Positions 31,030 through 42,143 are shown, counted from the stretch's first letter. The stretch: 64,000 bases of DNA from Lachnospiraceae bacterium (GCA_051879455.1 JBJEMB010000268.1:40252-104251); one strand, 5' to 3'. Numbers and translations are program-made. Notes: generated from the letters alone by a model not told the origin.

Positions 31030-31905
31030 TTGAAAATCATATTAATTATCATAGCGATTATTTCCGCTGCCCTGCTTATCGAGATTTATCGGGAGCTTCA
31101 TCATTTTGAAGTGGTTACTTATGAAATCTCTTCTGAGAAACTGAAAGGGATAGGATCATCTGGTAAAATTGTTTTTTTGAGCGATCTCCATAATCAGGAA
31201 TACGGACGTAATAATGAGACCCTGATTCGAAAGATCAGAGAGTTAGAACCGGCGTTAATTCTGATTGGAGGAGATATGTTTGTTAAGAAGGCCCAGTATT
31301 CTTATGAACCGGCACTTTCATTTGTAAAGGAAATTGCGAAGTATTTTCCGATATATTATGCAAATGGGAATCACGAGCAGAGGCGAAAGGAAAATCCAGA
31401 GGATTACGAACAGTCTTATGAAGATTATAAAGAAAAGCTTGAAGCTTCAGGTGTTTATTTTCTTGAAAATGATTCCAGGGATTTTCTGTTTGAACAGTGC
31501 AGGGTAAATATCACCGGCTTAGAGATACCGGAAGAGTGCTATGCTCATTTTCATGAGGTGCCACTGTCGGCAGAAGAGATTACAGACCGGATTGGGGAAC
31601 CGCAGAAAAATATGTATCAGATTTTGCTGGCTCATAATCCGACTTATATGAGAAAATATGTAGATTGGGGCGCAGATCTTATTTTATCCGGGCATCTTCA
31701 CGGCGGAGTTGTGAGGATACCGGGCGTGACAGGTGTGATTTCTCCGGCTTTTCAATTGTTCCCTAAGTATTCTGGTGATCATTACAGAGAAGGGGATTCG
31801 GATATTGTAGTAAGTAAAGGGCTTGGTGTCCATACAATAAAGGTTCGTCTGTTTAATCCGGCAGAGCTGATTGTACTGAATCTGCGTGAAAAAACTACCA
31901 CGTAG
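31030..31905 (+). CDS. Metallophosphoesterase (YkuE-like) with N-terminal TM segment
   Basis: SDLH; GGD; GNHE; LAHNP; SGHLHGG; SKGLG. Confidence 0.9.
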   Translation: MKIILIIIAIISAALLIEIYRELHHFEVVTYEISSEKLKGIGSSGKIVFLSDLHNQEYGRNNETLIRKIRELEPALILIGGDMFVKKAQYSYEPALSFVKEIAKYFPIYYANGNHEQRRKENPEDYEQSYEDYKEKLEASGVYFLENDSRDFLFEQCRVNITGLEIPEECYAHFHEVPLSAEEITDRIGEPQKNMYQILLAHNPTYMRKYVDWGADLILSGHLHGGVVRIPGVTGVISPAFQLFPKYSGDHYREGDSDIVVSKGLGVHTIKVRLFNPAELIVLNLREKTTT

Positions 31906-31921
31906 GAAAGATATATGATTT

Positions 31922-31951
31922 TGGTCATAGTTGAAAAGCTATGACTATTTT
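31922..31951 (+). terminator. Intrinsic terminator
   Basis: tggtcatagtt-gaaa-agctatgacta-tttt. Confidence 0.75.
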
Positions 31952-31953
31952 GC

Positions 31954-31982
31954 TTGAGAAAATATAAGAAATCCTGTATAAT
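31954..31982 (+). promoter_or_regulatory. sigmaA promoter of scpAB
   Basis: TTGAGA-17-TATAAT. Confidence 0.7.
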
Positions 31983-32029
31983 ACAGTATTACGAAGTGTA
32001 TGAAATCCGCAGATATTGTGAGGGAAAAT

Positions 32030-32776
32030 ATGGGTATTCCGGTAAAATTACAGGTATTTGAAGGTCCTCTTGACCTTCTTTTACATTTGATAGATAAAAA
32101 TAAAATAGATATTTATGATATTCCGATTGTAGAGATCACGAATCAGTATATGGCTTATATTAATGCCATGGAAAAAGAAGATCTAAATGTTATGAGTGAA
32201 TTTCTGGTGATGGCGGCTACTCTTTTGGATATCAAATGTAAGATGCTTCTTCCGGCCGAGGTCAATGAAGAGGGCGAGGAAGAAGATCCGAGGCAGGAGC
32301 TTGTGGAACAACTGCTGGAATATAAGATGTATAAATATATGTCTTATGAGCTTCGTGACCGTCAGGTAGAAGGTGAACGTACTCTGTACAGAGAACCTGC
32401 AATTCCGGATGAAGTGCTGGATTATGTGGAACCGGTGGATCTGGATGAACTTCTTGGAGATCTGACGCTTTCGAAGTTAAACCGCATTTTTAATGATGTT
32501 ATGAAGCGTCAGGTGGATAAGATCGATCCGGTCAGGAGCAAATTCGGAAAGCTGGAAAAAGAGGAAGTGACTTTACCGGATAAGCTTGAGTATGTGACAA
32601 ATTATGCCAGAGCACACAAAAGTTTCAGCTTTCGAAAACTTCTTACAAAACAGAGCTCGAAAACCCAGGTAGTAGTAACTTTTCTGGCAATTTTACAGCT
32701 TATGAAAGAAGGAACGATATTGATTGAACAAAAGCAGCCGTTTGATGATATCATGATTGCATCACAGCTGTGTTAG
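32030..32776 (+). CDS. scpA: Segregation/condensation protein A (kleisin)
   Basis: FEGPLDLLLHLI; SEFLVMAATLL.IK..LLP; FLAILQLMK. Confidence 0.95.
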   Translation: MGIPVKLQVFEGPLDLLLHLIDKNKIDIYDIPIVEITNQYMAYINAMEKEDLNVMSEFLVMAATLLDIKCKMLLPAEVNEEGEEEDPRQELVEQLLEYKMYKYMSYELRDRQVEGERTLYREPAIPDEVLDYVEPVDLDELLGDLTLSKLNRIFNDVMKRQVDKIDPVRSKFGKLEKEEVTLPDKLEYVTNYARAHKSFSFRKLLTKQSSKTQVVVTFLAILQLMKEGTILIEQKQPFDDIMIASQLC

Positions 32777-32795
32777 GTTTGAAAGAGAGAAAGGT

Positions 32796-33374
32796 ATGGA
32801 AACATTGGAAATTAAGAGAATAGAGGGAATTATAGAGGCGATTCTTTTTACAATGGGAGATTCCGTCGAGCTTAACAAAATTGCATCCGCCATTGAGCAT
32901 GATGAGAATACAACCAGAAAGATGATCCATCAGATGATGGATAAATATAAAGAAGAGGATCGTGGAGTGAGGATCGTAGAGCTTGAGGACTCTTATCAAA
33001 TGTGTACGAAAGCAGAGATGTATGAATATCTGATAAGGATTGCGAAACAGCCAAAACGTTATGTTCTTACAGATGTCCTTTTAGAGACTCTCTCAATTAT
33101 TGCATATAAACAGCCGGTAACAAAGCTTGAAATAGAGAAGATCCGAGGGGTAAAATCCGACCATGCAGTGAACAAGCTTGTGGAATATAACCTTGTATGT
33201 GAGGTTGGACGTCTGGATGCACCGGGAAAACCTATTTTGTTTGGAACGACAGAAGAATTCCTTCGAAGATTCGGGATACAGTCTGTAGAAGATCTCCCAA
33301 GTATGAATCCGGAACAGGTGGAGTCTCTGAAAACGGAGGCAGAAGAAGAAGTACAGCTTAAGCTTGATTTATAA
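32796..33374 (+). CDS. scpB: SMC-Scp complex subunit ScpB
   Basis: IEAILF; LETLSIIAYKQPVTK.EIE.IRGV; GKPILFGTT.EFL..FG. Confidence 0.96.
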   Translation: METLEIKRIEGIIEAILFTMGDSVELNKIASAIEHDENTTRKMIHQMMDKYKEEDRGVRIVELEDSYQMCTKAEMYEYLIRIAKQPKRYVLTDVLLETLSIIAYKQPVTKLEIEKIRGVKSDHAVNKLVEYNLVCEVGRLDAPGKPILFGTTEEFLRRFGIQSVEDLPSMNPEQVESLKTEAEEEVQLKLDL

Positions 33375-33391
33375 TGTGTGAGAGGATCTGT

Positions 33392-33420
33392 ACATAAGAT
33401 TTTAAGTTTTCGCATATATT
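33392..33420 (+). promoter_or_regulatory. Putative sigmaE promoter
   Basis: acATAag-14 nt-CATATATT upstream of the dacB-like gene; dacB is sigmaE-controlled in B. subtilis. Confidence 0.6.
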
Positions 33421-33449
33421 TCAATGATATCAAAATGATGGTGCGGAAA

Positions 33450-34727
33450 ATGAGAAGAGGAAGATGGTTGAGACTGATTCTTGCAGTTTTGATTTTTGTA
33501 CAATGTATTTCTGTAGTGATTTTTGAAAATTCATATTTTATAAATGACCAGAAAGAAAATGAAGAAATCAAATTGCAGGAAACGGTAGAGGAAGCCGGGG
33601 ACGAGCCGGGAGAACTTTACGCCCAGTCAGCAGTACTTATGGATGCTGACAGTGGGCGTATTTTATTTGGAAAAAATGAGAATGAAATCCGCCCCATGGC
33701 CAGCACAACAAAGATTATGACATGTATTGTGACATTAGAACACATGGATAAAGATCAGATTGCAGTTGTATCTGAGTATGCATCGAAACAACCCAAAGTA
33801 CGCCTTGGAGTGCAGAGTAATGAAAAATATTATATCGGAGATCTTTTGTATTCTTTAATGCTGGAATCGCATAATGACAGTGCAGTTGTAATCGCAGAAG
33901 CAATTGGTGGTACGGTAGAAGCTTTTGCAGAACTCATGAATGAAAAGGCGAAAGAAATCGGATGCGAGAGCACGCATTTTGTAACACCTAATGGACTGGA
34001 CGGGAAAGATGAAGAGGGTATTCATGCCACCACTGCAGCAGATCTTGCAAGTATTATGAGGTATTGTATCTGTGAATCTTCAAAAAAAGAGGAGTTTCTT
34101 AAGATTACAGGCACAAAGGATTATTCCTTTACAGATGTGGAAAAGAAACGCAATTTTTCCTGTAGTAATCATAATGCTTTTCTGGATATGATGGATGGAG
34201 CATTTTCTGGAAAAACAGGATTTACAGCGGAGGCAGGGTATTGCTATGTGGGAGCGCTTAAGCAGGAAAAAAGAACTTTTATCGTAACGCTTCTTGCCTG
34301 TGGGTGGCCCGGAAATAAGAGCTATAAATGGAAAGATACGAGAAAACTGATGGAGTATGCTCTCTCGCACTATCGGTATCGAGATGTATATGAAAAGATG
34401 TCGGATATAGAACTTCCGGTAAGAGGAGGAGTGGATACTAAGGACAGTTACAGATTAGGGTGTAGAGTTCCGGTAGGGTTAGAGCAGAGAGAGGGAGAAA
34501 AAGAAGAACTTATGGTCTTACTGAAAGAAAATGAGAAGGTAATGATAAATAAAGAGATAGAGCCTTATTTAGAAGCACCGGTAGAAAAAGGAGAAAAGGC
34601 AGGTCAATATATATACCTGTTGAACGGTGAGGAAATCAAACGGTACGATATTGTTACACTTGAATCCGCTGAAAAAAGAGATATGGAATGGTGTGTAGGA
34701 AAAGTACTTGAGTGGGTATGCCTGTGA
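33450..34727 (+). CDS. dacB: D-alanyl-D-alanine carboxypeptidase (S11), DacB-like
   Basis: MASTTK; ESHNDS; GKTG; follows scpAB as in B. subtilis. Confidence 0.78.
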   Translation: MRRGRWLRLILAVLIFVQCISVVIFENSYFINDQKENEEIKLQETVEEAGDEPGELYAQSAVLMDADSGRILFGKNENEIRPMASTTKIMTCIVTLEHMDKDQIAVVSEYASKQPKVRLGVQSNEKYYIGDLLYSLMLESHNDSAVVIAEAIGGTVEAFAELMNEKAKEIGCESTHFVTPNGLDGKDEEGIHATTAADLASIMRYCICESSKKEEFLKITGTKDYSFTDVEKKRNFSCSNHNAFLDMMDGAFSGKTGFTAEAGYCYVGALKQEKRTFIVTLLACGWPGNKSYKWKDTRKLMEYALSHYRYRDVYEKMSDIELPVRGGVDTKDSYRLGCRVPVGLEQREGEKEELMVLLKENEKVMINKEIEPYLEAPVEKGEKAGQYIYLLNGEEIKRYDIVTLESAEKRDMEWCVGKVLEWVCL

Positions 34728-34786
34728 AAAGTTCTTGAGATAGGCTGACAATAGAAAATTGTGAAATGTTTAAAGAAGTATTAAGG

Positions 34787-34853
34787 TTCTATGAAGTTTA
34801 TTGACTCATAGAAATTTATTATGTTATAAGCGTACTAAGAAGATTAATACACT
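34787..34853 (+). promoter_or_regulatory. Promoter with YtrA-type operator
   Basis: TTGACT 34801-34806 and TGnTATAAG; AGCGTA-N13-TACACT (34829-34853) is one mismatch from the YtrA box AGTGTA-N13-TACACT; extra inverted repeat ttctatga/tcatagaa at 34787-34813. Confidence 0.75.
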
Positions 34854-34888
34854 TTTCGCATTTTGGCTTTGTAATGAAAGGAGGAGCT

Positions 34889-35260
34889 ATGATTCTTATT
34901 GATTATAACGACAGGCATCCAGTCTACGAACAGGTTACGGAGCGTTTTAAGACATTGATTTTGAGCGGTGTTTTGGAAGAGGATGAAAAGCTTCCTTCTG
35001 TTCGTGCACTTGCTGTTGAACTATCCATTAATCCAAATACGATACAAAGAGCTTTTACAAAATTGGAGAGAGAAGGATTTGTTTACAGTGTAAAAGGAGT
35101 CGGAAATTTTGTACAGGCAAGCGAGAGTTTGAAAGAAAAGCAGAAAGGAAAGTTACTGAAAGAATTTGAACGTTATGCAGAATCATGCATGAGGCAGGGA
35201 ATTTTAAAAGAAGTGCTTGTAGAAGTGATAAGAAAAGCAGCAGAGGAGGCGGAAAGATGA
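34889..35260 (+). CDS. GntR family regulator, YtrA subfamily
   Basis: PVYEQV; EKLPSVRALA.EL.INPNTIQRAF..LE.EG; short C-terminal domain. Confidence 0.92.
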   Translation: MILIDYNDRHPVYEQVTERFKTLILSGVLEEDEKLPSVRALAVELSINPNTIQRAFTKLEREGFVYSVKGVGNFVQASESLKEKQKGKLLKEFERYAESCMRQGILKEVLVEVIRKAAEEAER

Positions 35261-36156
35261 TTGAGATAAATAAAGTCAGAAAAAAATTTGAAAAGACAGA
35301 AGCAGTCAAAGATGTCAGTTTTATCATCCAACCGCAAAACGTTTTTGGAATGCTTGGGACAAATGGAGCCGGAAAAAGTACTCTCCTTCGCATGATGGCG
35401 GGGGTTCTTAAACCTGATAGCGGTGAGATTTTCATTGACGGACAAAACGTATGGGATAACCCGGAAGCAAAGAAAAAATGCTTCTATATGTCAGATGATC
35501 AGTATTTTTTCCCGAATGCCACTGCAAATGATATGGGTAGATTCTACCACAAGTATTATCTGGGATTTCAGAATGGAAAATATGAGGATTTCCTTAAAAG
35601 ATTTAGTCTGGATGGAGACAGAAAAATACAGACTTACTCAAAAGGTATGAAAAAGCAGCTTTCTATCATATTAGGATTATGTGTAAATGTACCTTATCTG
35701 TTTTGTGATGAGACTTTTGACGGACTGGATCCTGTGATGAGGCAGGGAATAAAAAGTATCTTTGCGAAAGAAATAGATGAGAGAGGGCTGACACCGATCA
35801 TTGCATCTCATAATCTGAGAGAACTGGAAGACATCTGTGATCATATTGGACTTCTGCATGCAGGAGGAGTTCTTTTATCAAAAGATCTTGAAGATCTTAA
35901 ATGTAATATACATAAGGTACAGTGTGTCTTTCAGGAGAATGAGGAAATCTCATTGTATAATAGGTTTGATATTGTGAAAATGAAGCAAAAAGGTCGTCTG
36001 ATTTCGATGGTTGTCAGAGGCGATGAGGAGGAAACCCTGAGAAAATTAAAAGAACTGAATCCGGTCTATGAAGAAATATTGCCATTGTCATTAGAAGAGA
36101 TATTTATCTGCGAAACGGAGGTGATTGGATATGACATCAAAAATCTCGTTTTCTAG
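35257..36156 (+). CDS. ABC transporter ATP-binding protein (YtrB-like)
   Basis: GTNGAGKST; YSKGMKKQL; DETFDGLDP; start overlaps the gntR stop (ATGA). Confidence 0.92.
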   Translation: MIEINKVRKKFEKTEAVKDVSFIIQPQNVFGMLGTNGAGKSTLLRMMAGVLKPDSGEIFIDGQNVWDNPEAKKKCFYMSDDQYFFPNATANDMGRFYHKYYLGFQNGKYEDFLKRFSLDGDRKIQTYSKGMKKQLSIILGLCVNVPYLFCDETFDGLDPVMRQGIKSIFAKEIDERGLTPIIASHNLRELEDICDHIGLLHAGGVLLSKDLEDLKCNIHKVQCVFQENEEISLYNRFDIVKMKQKGRLISMVVRGDEEETLRKLKELNPVYEEILPLSLEEIFICETEVIGYDIKNLVF

Positions 36157-38155
36157 TTTGAGAAGAGAAAATACAAAACACAGGATTGGAATGATCTCTA
36201 TTGTACTTTTGTGTTTTGTCGGACATATTATAGGGTTTATTATGTCAGTGCAGAATGAATATTTCGCAGATGAAACAATGAAATTTGATTCTATATTAAA
36301 AGAAATCACAGCATTGTCGGAACCGGAGTTCATGATGGGGATATTTTCGGTGTTTGCTGGAGTTTTATTAGCAACAAGCGCATTTCATTATCTACATTCA
36401 AAAGTTGAAGTTGATTTTTATCATTCACTTCCAATAACAAGAAGGAATTCTTTATTTGTTATTTTTTCAAATGATTTTCTTCTCTTTTTGGCACCGCTTA
36501 CAGTTACTATGTTATTAAAATGTATTGTTGTCGCTTGTGTGGGATGTTTTAGTAAAACATTTTTCTTTAATACTGTGACATCTGTTATCTGTTATTTTGC
36601 GATGTTCCTGGCATCATATCTATTAATGACATCTGCAATGCTTCTGACGGGAAATACATTTACGGCCTTTTTGGGATTTGGTGTTCTGGCATGGTATTTT
36701 CCGGTGATTATCAGAAATTTATATCCAACTCTTGCTCAGGCATTCTTTCAGACTTATTGTACACAGAGTCAGTGGCTGGGCGGATTTGACTATCTGTCTC
36801 CGATTTCTGTCGGATTCAAGTTATTGAGAGACTACGATAGCTGGACCTGGAAAAGGCATATAGGTGAATTTGGTATTTTATGCGCATGGATCATATTTCT
36901 GCTGATAACAGATTACATTCTGTTTGAAAAGAGACCTTCAGAAATGGCAGGGAAATCTATGGCATTTCCTAAAACAAAACCATTTGTTCGTATTTTGATC
37001 GTGATACCTATGGCAATCTGTACAGGAATGATTTTATTTGCATTGTCAGTTTCAGTGCGAAAAGAATGGATCATCATAGGAATTGTTATTGGCGCAGCAC
37101 TTTTTCATGGTATTATTGAATGTATCTATCGTTTTGATGTGCGAGGTCTTTGGGCGCATAAAAAACAGATGCTCTTTTCAATGTGTGTTGCTTTTGTGAT
37201 TGTAGGATTCTTCTGGATGGATCTTGGGGGATATGACAGTTTTCTTCCGAAAGAATCTGAGGTAGATTCGATTATTATTAATACACCGAGCATGGGTACA
37301 GGCGATGACTGTTATTGGGGAAAAGAGAGAAAGGGAGTTACAGGAGAAACCCTGGAAAAAGTACTCATTACACTAAATAAAGTTGTAGAAAATAATGACA
37401 GGAATGCAAAGGAGTTTAGCAGTAGGAAATCCGGACAGTATGATTCTTATGTCGTAAAGTACAGGCTCAGTAACGGAAAAGAAAAAACGCGTTGCTACGT
37501 TCTTGACAAAGAACTCCAGAGTGAACTAATAAGTGATGTATTTGATGATGAGCAATATAGAAAAGATACATATTCTCTCTATACAGCAGACTGGTCCCTG
37601 GTGACAGCCGTTTCCCTGTCTTATCCGGCAGAATATAGAGAACTTGATATTACAAAAGAGCAACGTTCAGAACTTTTCCGGATCTATCTGGACGAGTTTT
37701 CAAAATTTGATTATGAAACAGCGAAGGAAATGCTCCCTTGTGGACAGATCATTGTTGAACATCAAAGTAATGATAATATTTATGGTGATATGATAGATTA
37801 TTATAATATCTATCCAACTTTTAAAAAGACTATTGCTTATATCCAGGATGAGCTTAAAGTAGATATTAAGACATCCATGAAAGATATTGATATCCATAAG
37901 ATTGAAATAATAGAATATAATGAACAAAAGGATGAAGAGGATATCTATGTGGTCCGTGATCAGGATGTGATTGAATCAGTGAAAGGCAGTCTTTGTTATG
38001 GAGAAGATTACTGGTCATCTTCTGTGGTAATTCTGGATCTGATGGGAAGCAGCGTATATGCGGAAATCAGAACAGAGAGCGGAAGTGAGGAAGTATCTTT
38101 ATATACAACTTCTGAAACTTTAAAAAAATTGATGAAATGTGCCGACAGAGAATAA
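36131..38155 (+). CDS. ABC transporter permease with a large C-terminal soluble domain
   Basis: Multi-TM N-terminal half with F.YLHSK.EVDFYHSLPITR; hydrophilic C-terminal part of about 300 aa. Confidence 0.8.
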   Translation: MTSKISFSSLRRENTKHRIGMISIVLLCFVGHIIGFIMSVQNEYFADETMKFDSILKEITALSEPEFMMGIFSVFAGVLLATSAFHYLHSKVEVDFYHSLPITRRNSLFVIFSNDFLLFLAPLTVTMLLKCIVVACVGCFSKTFFFNTVTSVICYFAMFLASYLLMTSAMLLTGNTFTAFLGFGVLAWYFPVIIRNLYPTLAQAFFQTYCTQSQWLGGFDYLSPISVGFKLLRDYDSWTWKRHIGEFGILCAWIIFLLITDYILFEKRPSEMAGKSMAFPKTKPFVRILIVIPMAICTGMILFALSVSVRKEWIIIGIVIGAALFHGIIECIYRFDVRGLWAHKKQMLFSMCVAFVIVGFFWMDLGGYDSFLPKESEVDSIIINTPSMGTGDDCYWGKERKGVTGETLEKVLITLNKVVENNDRNAKEFSSRKSGQYDSYVVKYRLSNGKEKTRCYVLDKELQSELISDVFDDEQYRKDTYSLYTADWSLVTAVSLSYPAEYRELDITKEQRSELFRIYLDEFSKFDYETAKEMLPCGQIIVEHQSNDNIYGDMIDYYNIYPTFKKTIAYIQDELKVDIKTSMKDIDIHKIEIIEYNEQKDEEDIYVVRDQDVIESVKGSLCYGEDYWSSSVVILDLMGSSVYAEIRTESGSEEVSLYTTSETLKKLMKCADRE

Positions 38156-38249
38156 TTTTTCATATCATTTTAGCGATAGATATGTTATCATAAGAACGGT
38201 TTAGATTAATTTTTTGAGAAATTTATTTTAATGAAAGGAAACTGTTTTT

Positions 38250-38543
38250 ATGGGAAAAGAATTGGAGTTGGAAGTTGATACTGTCACACTCTTTACGGAT
38301 GACGGAGAGATTGAATGTGCGATTCTTACTACATTGGAAATGAATGGGAAAGAATATGTGGCACTTACTGAACTGGATGAAAATGGTGATTATTCAGAAG
38401 ACGTATGGTTCTATGAATTTAAGAAAGACCCATCAGGCGGCGATGACCATGAATTGATCTATATTGAGGATGAAGAAGAATATGAGCAGGTAATCGATAA
38501 GTTTGATGAATGGCTTGATACTTGTGAATTTGAAGAAGCTTAA
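38250..38543 (+). CDS. DUF1292 family acidic protein
   Basis: VTL.TDDGEIECAIL; GKEYVAL; IEDEEEYEQV. Confidence 0.8.
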   Translation: MGKELELEVDTVTLFTDDGEIECAILTTLEMNGKEYVALTELDENGDYSEDVWFYEFKKDPSGGDDHELIYIEDEEEYEQVIDKFDEWLDTCEFEEA

Positions 38544-38571
38544 GAACAGAAGAATACATCAGAAATGAGAA

Positions 38572-38626
38572 AAAATACCGCAGTGGATGTTTGGAGGAAT
38601 GAAAACATCCACTGTGGTATTTTCTT
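38572..38626 (+). terminator. Long-stem terminator
   Basis: 21-bp aaaataccgcagtggatgttt / aaacatccactgtggtatttt (one G-U). Confidence 0.8.
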
Positions 38627-38701
38627 GATAAAAGAAGTCTGGTATGGTATGATTTTTTTATCTTCGAGGGATATTTGAATTATTGTCGGTGATTTTTACT
38701 A

Positions 38702-38756
38702 TTGACATTTTGAAATAAGTATAATACTATAATAATCAGATACGAACATTCGTTCG
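38702..38756 (+). promoter_or_regulatory. recA promoter and LexA (Cheo) box
   Basis: TTGACA-18-TATAAT (38702-38731); CGAACATTCGTTCG at 38743-38756. Confidence 0.88.
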
Positions 38757-38778
38757 ATAGCGAAAAGGAGAATTAATT

Positions 38779-39867
38779 ATGGCAGCTAATGAAAATAAGC
38801 AGAAAGCATTAGAGGCAGCAATTGCGAAATTAGAGAAAGATTTTGGTAAAGGAACAGTAATGAAGTTAGGAGATCCGGCGGCACAGGTAGCTGTTGAGAC
38901 GATCCCTACAGGTTCTTTGAGTCTTGATATTGCACTTGGGCTCGGTGGAGTTCCAAAAGGACGTGTGATAGAGATCTATGGTCCGGAATCAAGTGGTAAG
39001 ACTACCGTGGCATTACATATGATTTCGGAAGTACAGAAAAGAGGAGGTATTGCAGGATTTATTGATGCAGAGCATGCGCTGGATCCCGTATATGCCAAGA
39101 ATATAGGAGTCGATATTGATGAACTTTATATTTCCCAGCCAGACAGCGGAGATCAGGCTCTCGAGATAGCGGAGACGATGGTGCGCTCCGGTGCTATGGA
39201 TATTATCGTTATTGACTCTGTTGCGGCACTGGTACCCAGACAGGAGATTGAGGGGGATATGGGAGATTCTCATGTAGGTCTTCAGGCGAGACTGATGTCG
39301 CAGGCGCTTAGAAAACTCACTCCGGTTATCAGTAAATCAAACTGTGTTGTGATTTTTATCAACCAGCTCCGTGAAAAGGTCGGTGTAATGTTTGGTAATC
39401 CAGAGACAACGACAGGCGGACGTGCGTTGAAGTTCTATGCATCTATCCGTATGGATGTGCGCAGGATTGAGACTTTGAAACAGAGCGGGGAGATGATTGG
39501 TAACAGAACGCGTGTTAAGATTGTAAAGAATAAGATTGCGCCTCCGTTCAAAGAAGCAGAATTTGATATTATGTTTGGAAAAGGCATTTCAAAAGAAGGT
39601 GACATCTTAGATTTGGCTGTTAATCTGAATCTTGTGAATAAAAGTGGTGCATGGTTTGCATACAATGGAGAGAAGATAGGACAAGGGCGTGAAAATGCAA
39701 AGAATTATCTTTCCGAACATCCGGATGTGATGGAAGAGTTGGACAAAAAGATCCGTGAACATTATCAGTTCGGTGGTGAAGTAAAAGAACCGGAAGATAA
39801 GGAAACGCCGGTGAAGGCTACACGAAAGAGAACCGCTAAGGAAGAAGAAAAAGAGCAGCAGGAATAA
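38779..39867 (+). CDS. recA: Recombinase RecA
   Basis: GPESSGKTT; IDAEHALDP; DSVAAL; [28 protein letters not shown]. Confidence 0.99.
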   Translation: MAANENKQKALEAAIAKLEKDFGKGTVMKLGDPAAQVAVETIPTGSLSLDIALGLGGVPKGRVIEIYGPESSGKTTVALHMISEVQKRGGIAGFIDAEHALDPVYAKNIGVDIDELYISQPDSGDQALEIAETMVRSGAMDIIVIDSVAALVPRQEIEGDMGDSHVGLQARLMSQALRKLTPVISKSNCVVIFINQLREKVGVMFGNPETTTGGRALKFYASIRMDVRRIETLKQSGEMIGNRTRVKIVKNKIAPPFKEAEFDIMFGKGISKEGDILDLAVNLNLVNKSGAWFAYNGEKIGQGRENAKNYLSEHPDVMEELDKKIREHYQFGGEVKEPEDKETPVKATRKRTAKEEEKEQQE

Positions 39868-39888
39868 GAGTGGGGGATTTAAAAACAG

Positions 39889-40503
39889 ATGATCGTCACA
39901 AAAACTGAGGCTGTGACAAAGACAAGGTTTAAAGTGTATATAGATGAAAAGTTCGCTTTTGTATTATACAAAGGCGAACTTTCTCGTTATCGCATTACAG
40001 TCGGGCAAAAAATTGAAAAAGAAATGTATGATAAGATTTGTAAGGAAGTTGTATTGAAAAGAGCAAAACTCCGTGCGTTACACCTTTTAAACGATATGGG
40101 GCGCACGGAAGCACAGCTTCGCCAAAAACTTAAGAGAGATCAGTATACAGATGAGATTATCGAGGAAGCAATTGCATATGTAAAATCATTTGGATATATT
40201 AATGATGCTGATTATGCCAGGAATTTTATTGACAGCAGAAAAGAGAAAAAAAGCAAAAAAGAGCTTTATGCACAGATGATACAAAAAGGTCTCAGCCAGG
40301 ATGTGGTTGAACAGGCTTTTTTAGAATGTTACGGGAAAGATGATGCGAAAGAAGCAATAGAGGCGCTTCTTCGCAAAAAAAAGTATGATCCGGAAACTGC
40401 GGATTGGAAAGAAACGCAGAAAATACTTGGTTTTCTCACACGTAAAGGTTTCAGGTATGATGATATACGTCAAGTGATACAAGTTTCTGAGTGGAATGCT
40501 TGA
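39889..40503 (+). CDS. recX: Regulatory protein RecX
   Basis: RAL.LL..MGRTE.QLR.KL; GYIND.DYA; FL.RKGF; follows recA. Confidence 0.92.
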   Translation: MIVTKTEAVTKTRFKVYIDEKFAFVLYKGELSRYRITVGQKIEKEMYDKICKEVVLKRAKLRALHLLNDMGRTEAQLRQKLKRDQYTDEIIEEAIAYVKSFGYINDADYARNFIDSRKEKKSKKELYAQMIQKGLSQDVVEQAFLECYGKDDAKEAIEALLRKKKYDPETADWKETQKILGFLTRKGFRYDDIRQVIQVSEWNA

Positions 40504-40528
40504 CATCTTTGTTAAAACAGTATAAAAT
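40500..40528 (+). promoter_or_regulatory. sigmaA promoter of rny overlapping the recX stop
   Basis: TTGACA-17-TAAAAT. Confidence 0.75.
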
Positions 40529-40575
40529 TTAAGTGTTGTATTTGTACAATGAAAACTAAATAAGGAGGTGCTCCT

Positions 40576-42132
40576 GTGCTAAGTAGTGGATTCATTATTG
40601 CAATTGCAGTAGTGCTTATCATAGTAGCGGCAGTCATCAGTCATTTTATTACGGTTTCCAGTCTGAAGAATAATGCTGAGTCTAAGATTGGAAATGCAGA
40701 AGCAAAAGCGCGTGAGATCATTGATGACGCAGTGAAGACGGCTGAAGCAAAGAAAAAGGAGTCTCTCTTGGAAATTAAAGAGGAATCTATCAAGAATAAG
40801 AATGAACTTGAAAAAGAGACCAAGGAACGAAGAGCAGAGTTACAGCGTTATGAGAAACGTGTCCTTTCCAAGGAAGAGGCTTTAGACAAAAAGTCCGATG
40901 CCATCGAGAAGCGTGAAGCAGGATTTGCAGCAAAAGAAGAACAGCTGAAACAGCGCGAAGCGAAAGTGGAAGAGCTGGGCAGACAAAGAGTACAGGAACT
41001 AGAAAGAATCTCAGGACTTACCTCCGAACAAGCAAAAGAATATTTGTTGAAAACTGTTGAAGAAGATGTGAAACATGACACTGCAAAATTAGTCAAAGAG
41101 CTGGAAGCTCAGGCAAAGGAAGAAGCAGATAAAAAGGCAAGAGAATATGTTGTTACTGCGATTCAGAGATGTGCAGCTGACCATGTAGCAGAGACTACGA
41201 TTTCAGTTGTGCAGCTTCCAAGCGATGAGATGAAAGGCAGAATTATTGGTAGAGAGGGACGTAATATTCGTACACTGGAGACAATGACCGGTGTAGAACT
41301 GATTATTGATGATACGCCTGAAGCTGTTGTATTATCTGGCTTCGATCCAATAAGAAGAGAAGTAGCGAGAATTGCGCTTGAAAAATTAATTGTTGACGGA
41401 CGAATTCATCCGGCAAGGATTGAAGAGATGGTTGAGAAGGCGCAAAAAGAAGTAGATGCAATGATTCGTGAAGAAGGTGAAGCAGCAGCCCTCGAAGTTG
41501 GAGTTCATGGAATACATCCGGAACTTATCAAGCTTCTTGGTCGAATGAAATTCAGAACAAGCTATGGTCAGAATGCGTTAAAGCATTCTATGGAAGTATC
41601 TCAGCTTGCCGGACTTTTAGCTGGTGAAATTGGTCTGGATATCAGAGTGGCAAAAAGAGCCGGACTTTTACATGACATTGGTAAATCCATTGATCATGAT
41701 GTGGAAGGCTCACACATTCAGATTGGTGTAGACCTTTGCAGAAAATATAAAGAATCGGCTACTGTAATTAATGCAGTAGAAGCGCATCATGGCGATGTAG
41801 AGCCGCAGACTCTGATTGCATGTGTTGTTCAGGCGGCAGATACGATTTCTGCAGCAAGACCGGGTGCAAGAAGAGAAACATTGGAAACATATACAAACAG
41901 GTTAAAACAATTAGAAGATATCACCAACCAGTTTAAGGGAGTTGATAAATCTTTTGCTATTCAGGCAGGTAGAGAGATTCGTGTTATGGTAGTTCCAGAG
42001 CAAGTATCGGATGCAGATATGGTATTAATGGCCAGAGATATTGCAAAACAGATTGAATATGAGTTGGAATATCCTGGACAGATTAAAGTCAATGTAATTC
42101 GTGAGTCACGAGTTACTGATTATGCCAAGTAG
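40576..42132 (+). CDS. rny: Ribonuclease Y
   Basis: N-terminal TM, coiled coil, KH ([13 protein letters not shown]), HD domain (LLHDIGK). Confidence 0.98.
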   Translation: MLSSGFIIAIAVVLIIVAAVISHFITVSSLKNNAESKIGNAEAKAREIIDDAVKTAEAKKKESLLEIKEESIKNKNELEKETKERRAELQRYEKRVLSKEEALDKKSDAIEKREAGFAAKEEQLKQREAKVEELGRQRVQELERISGLTSEQAKEYLLKTVEEDVKHDTAKLVKELEAQAKEEADKKAREYVVTAIQRCAADHVAETTISVVQLPSDEMKGRIIGREGRNIRTLETMTGVELIIDDTPEAVVLSGFDPIRREVARIALEKLIVDGRIHPARIEEMVEKAQKEVDAMIREEGEAAALEVGVHGIHPELIKLLGRMKFRTSYGQNALKHSMEVSQLAGLLAGEIGLDIRVAKRAGLLHDIGKSIDHDVEGSHIQIGVDLCRKYKESATVINAVEAHHGDVEPQTLIACVVQAADTISAARPGARRETLETYTNRLKQLEDITNQFKGVDKSFAIQAGREIRVMVVPEQVSDADMVLMARDIAKQIEYELEYPGQIKVNVIRESRVTDYAK

Positions 42133-42143
42133 AAGATAAATAT

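Noticed and set aside
38593-38636. GGAGG plus ATG in the terminator loop after DUF1292
   Set aside because: No spacing between the RBS and ATG, and only 9 codons inside a strong stem
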